Shown piece by piece: positions 60,849-64,000 of a stretch of 64,000 nucleotides of DNA. Source of the stretch: Paraspadella gotoi (Eukaryota; Animalia; Chaetognatha); the NCBI GenBank assembly GCA_051294375.1, contig CM119267.1, forward strand, positions 9,791,458 through 9,855,457, written 5' to 3'. The notes beneath the pieces are model-generated. The model was not told where the DNA came from, made no database searches, and saw nothing but the letters and a program-made list of their open reading frames with translations. Within the stretch, counting starts at the first letter, position 1. The number at the start of each line of letters is the position of its first letter. Position numbers and translations under genes: made by a program.

Positions 60849-63800
60849 GACAGACCAACAGACAGACAGAAGACAGACAGACGGACGACGGCCGGACATC
60901 GTTTTTTTTGCATAATTATCCAGAATCCCGATGTTTCTGACATATATAAGTGTGTGCCCGACAATATGAGGGGGGCGGGACCGAAAAAGTGAGTATAGGT
61001 CGGGATCTGCTGATAAGCAGATCCGACTAAAAATATTCATGCACTTTTGGTGGCGAGCTTGCCCGTTGTCTTTTGTTCGAGGGCGAGAAAAGATTCTGAC
61101 TTAATGAAGGAAATAAAGAGGTCGCGACGACCGTGCTTTCAGTCATTTTCTTCGGGAGGAGGAGAACTGGGCTTCGCCGCTTCAACGTGACACTAAGAGA
61201 CGGCCGCCTAATCGGCTTTAAGGTCGGACCCCTCTGGAAACACTCGATGGAAAATGTTCTGAATTAGAAAGAGAGCTCAGTCTCGTCGGGTGGATTTCGT
61301 CGGAGGGTCAAATAGTGAGGGAAACTCTTTGCCAGAATAACCGGATTTTCAATTATGGAACCCTTAGGTTTTCATTGAGTCAGATGGTTAGCGTCACCCA
61401 TGTGTGACCTCTTCGATAAATACATTTGCATAGTTAATAGATAGTTATGAGAAGTAACAAAGTACCCACTACTATCAATCTCTGTGACATTGACAAGAAA
61501 TCAACTAGTCCACGCGTTCAACGTAATAATCGACAAAATGTTTAGCAGATTTTTTTTTTTTCCCTTTCCATTTCACGAGCAACAAACAATAGAATCATGG
61601 TTAAAAACGAAAACGGCAGGCGAAAAGTTCATGTGGCCACTCAGGCGTTCTGGTTTGTCACCGTCGTCGGTGAACGGAAGAGATAACTGTGGTAGGGCGT
61701 TGGAGCGCGCGAAGACCTTGGTGATGATTATCCTTACTATCGCCGGTCAACCTGGGTATATTTTGCAATTTTCAATCGCGGTTGATAAAAAGCAACCCAG
61801 AATCGAAAACGAATCCGCCCACTAACGAGATCGACTTTTCCGCCCCATTTTTTTTCGCCGCAGTCGGTGGCTCCTCGTCCTTCGATGACGCTTTGATATC
61901 GTCTGAGTCCAAGGTTTCGTATCTGTAGCGTTCAGAAAAATTATAAGACCTGTTTATTTAAACACGCGTGTGGTAATTCGCCTTCGTCTTACAGGAGTAA
62001 GGCGTCGACGAGATTGTTGTGCTCGGTTTTTGTGCTGCTCCAAAATCGACTTGGCGCGTTTGTAGCCTTCATCAAGCAGCTTTTTGATCTCTAAGTCAAC
62101 CAGTTCTTTCATGGATTCCGCTGAGAAGACGAGCCTAAAATCGAGTCCAAAATAATACATAGGTTAGAGTTTAACCGCATTCCTCAGTCACGACGTACTT
62201 CATGGTAAGTCCTCGTCCCCGCGGCATCGCTCATTCAAACAGTCTGACGATTTGCGAAGCGATGAGCGTGGCCGTTTCGAAGTCGGAAGTGGCGCCGGTG
62301 CCACGTTTTCCTCTCCCAACGCCATGTCTTCCCCAACCCGACCGGCCCATGCAGACATCGATGCGGGCCAAAAGCCGGCTCTCGTAGTGTCGTACTCTCG
62401 GTCTTGCATCTGATCCAATCGAACCCAGCGTCTGACCACGAGGAACGATGGTCACTTTGTTGATCGGGTCGGACTGTGGGATAAGAAAGACGAGTTGTCT
62501 CGTCGATGTCTCATGACTTACAAAACCATTGCGACTTACGTGTTGCGTAAAGTAATTTACTATTGTGTGGCCTGCCTCGTGCGATGCGGTTCTCTTAACC
62601 GAAAGGTCGTCGTCAATTCGATTCTTCTTTTCGGGCCCCATCCGCTCCTTATCCAAGGCCCATTCCAAGTCTATCATTGAAACAAGTGCTGCAAAAAAGG
62701 GAACGCTATAATTAAATATCATTGGGTTACCACTAAAAACACCATAGTCAGTACCGGGCGTTGTCTCTGGCGGCCTTGATGGCTGCCTGATTAACGACGT
62801 TTGCGATTTGAGCGCCTAAAAATCCGACAGTCTTCTTTGCCAAATTCTCTGCATTGACTTCGACGCTGTCAGCTTTGATCTTGCTCAGGTAATGGTCAAA
62901 CAATTCAGTTCGCCCTATGAACGAGAATAAAGAAGAGAGAAGAGATGGTAGAACAACAAAACTAATCAATTTTAGTACTTGAGCTTCACCTTTGAGATCC
63001 GGTGGCCAAACTTGTACTTCTACGTCAAATCTTCCTGGCCGAAGCAAAGCTGGGTCGAGATTCTCTCTCTTATTGGTGGCGCCTAGAGCGGCGAAAAATT
63101 GAAAGATAACGACAAATGTAAAATTTTAAAATCAACATTTAATATTACCAAAACAACAACTCCTTCCGACTTATTAAAGCCGTCCATCTCCGCCAAAAAG
63201 TTGGTTAATGGTCTGATTGGCGTAGGGATGGAGTTGGGAAGAGGTTCGCTTGGCTCCGCAAGTATCGATCTCGTCGATGAAGAGGACGCAAGGCGCTTTG
63301 GCTTTGGCAGCGGCCAAAGAGCTGTCTCACCCGCTTGGCGCCAGTTCCCACAAATATCTCGTCGAACTCGGAACCGGAGGCGTGAAAAAGGGAACGCCTG
63401 GTAAGGAGGTGATAAATCAAGAACCACAGAATCATAGATGTCGTAGACACTCAGTCAATTCGACTAACCAGCCTCCCCGGCGACTGCACGGGCCAGCAAC
63501 GTTTTCCCGATGCCCGGCTTTCCCACGAGCAAGACCCCTCTCGGCATGCGGCCGCCGAGGGCGGAAATCTTTCGGGATCTTTGAGGAACTCGACTATCTC
63601 GATCAACTCTTCCTTGGCCTCGTCTACGCCCTTAACGTCCTTGAAGGTAACATTGACCTCTTCGGGCTTGACTTCATGCTATTCATGTTCATGGACATGG
63701 TGACGCCACCGGCGACGCCGGATAAACCGTTCCAAAGAAACGAAAGGAGCTGAATTATGATCAACAACGTCACGACGGTCCATAAAATACGGATCACGCG

Positions 63801-64000
63801 TTGAACAGGTTTGACACTGTGGGCAAAAACTAAAGAGTTAGCATCATACAGGGACTCCAATCCTTAGTGATACGAAAAATTTTGATTAAACTCGTAATTC
63901 TTTATGTGTATATAATTTTTATAAAATTTATTAGTTAGAAAACTACTTGACGTTTATTTGGACCTAAAAAATGTTTACATTTCCTAACAGTATAATCACT
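60774..64000 (-). other. Indel-ridden duplicate of 55719-58934 (Helentron-like 3' end plus YME1L1 3' exons); probable assembly artefact
   Basis: Collinear near-identity including introns. The differences are mostly 1-nt indels, often in homopolymers, that break the reading frame. It begins exactly at an N gap. Confidence 0.8.

Noticed and set aside
61600-63800. YME1L1 pseudogene or paralog
   Set aside because: Near-identical introns, indel-dominated differences and adjacency to a gap favour an assembly artefact.

Overview
Eukaryotic (metazoan invertebrate; finer taxon not determinable) genomic DNA with short AT-rich GT-AG introns. There is one + strand orphan gene (4065-6972) predicted to be secreted and GPI-anchored. 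After it comes an unbroken run of 17 genes on the - strand, in transcription order YME1L1 > CRAT > ACBD6 > RPL15 > PDIA5 > CLPTM1L > FRS2 > EMC3 > CCZ1 > PTBP > SelU/MnmH-like > Ras-like pseudoGTPase > PEPD > GNPAT > UBXN7 > CHORDC1 > UBE2A. Many stop-to-ATG spacers are only about 115-310 nt, and several have a pyrimidine-rich AG acceptor just upstream of the ATG. This suggests polycistronic (operon) transcription resolved by spliced-leader trans-splicing (inference). Inside the run is an intronless, bacterial-type tRNA 2-selenouridine synthase (SelU/MnmH) with an N-terminus resembling a mitochondrial presequence. Larger introns and spacers hold non-autonomous transposons (Helentron/DINE-1-like elements, TIR elements, mini- and microsatellites). 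The last ~3.6 kb, after two N gaps, is an indel-ridden copy of upstream sequence and is probably an assembly artefact. Exon structures were derived by eye, so coordinates may be off by a few bases.
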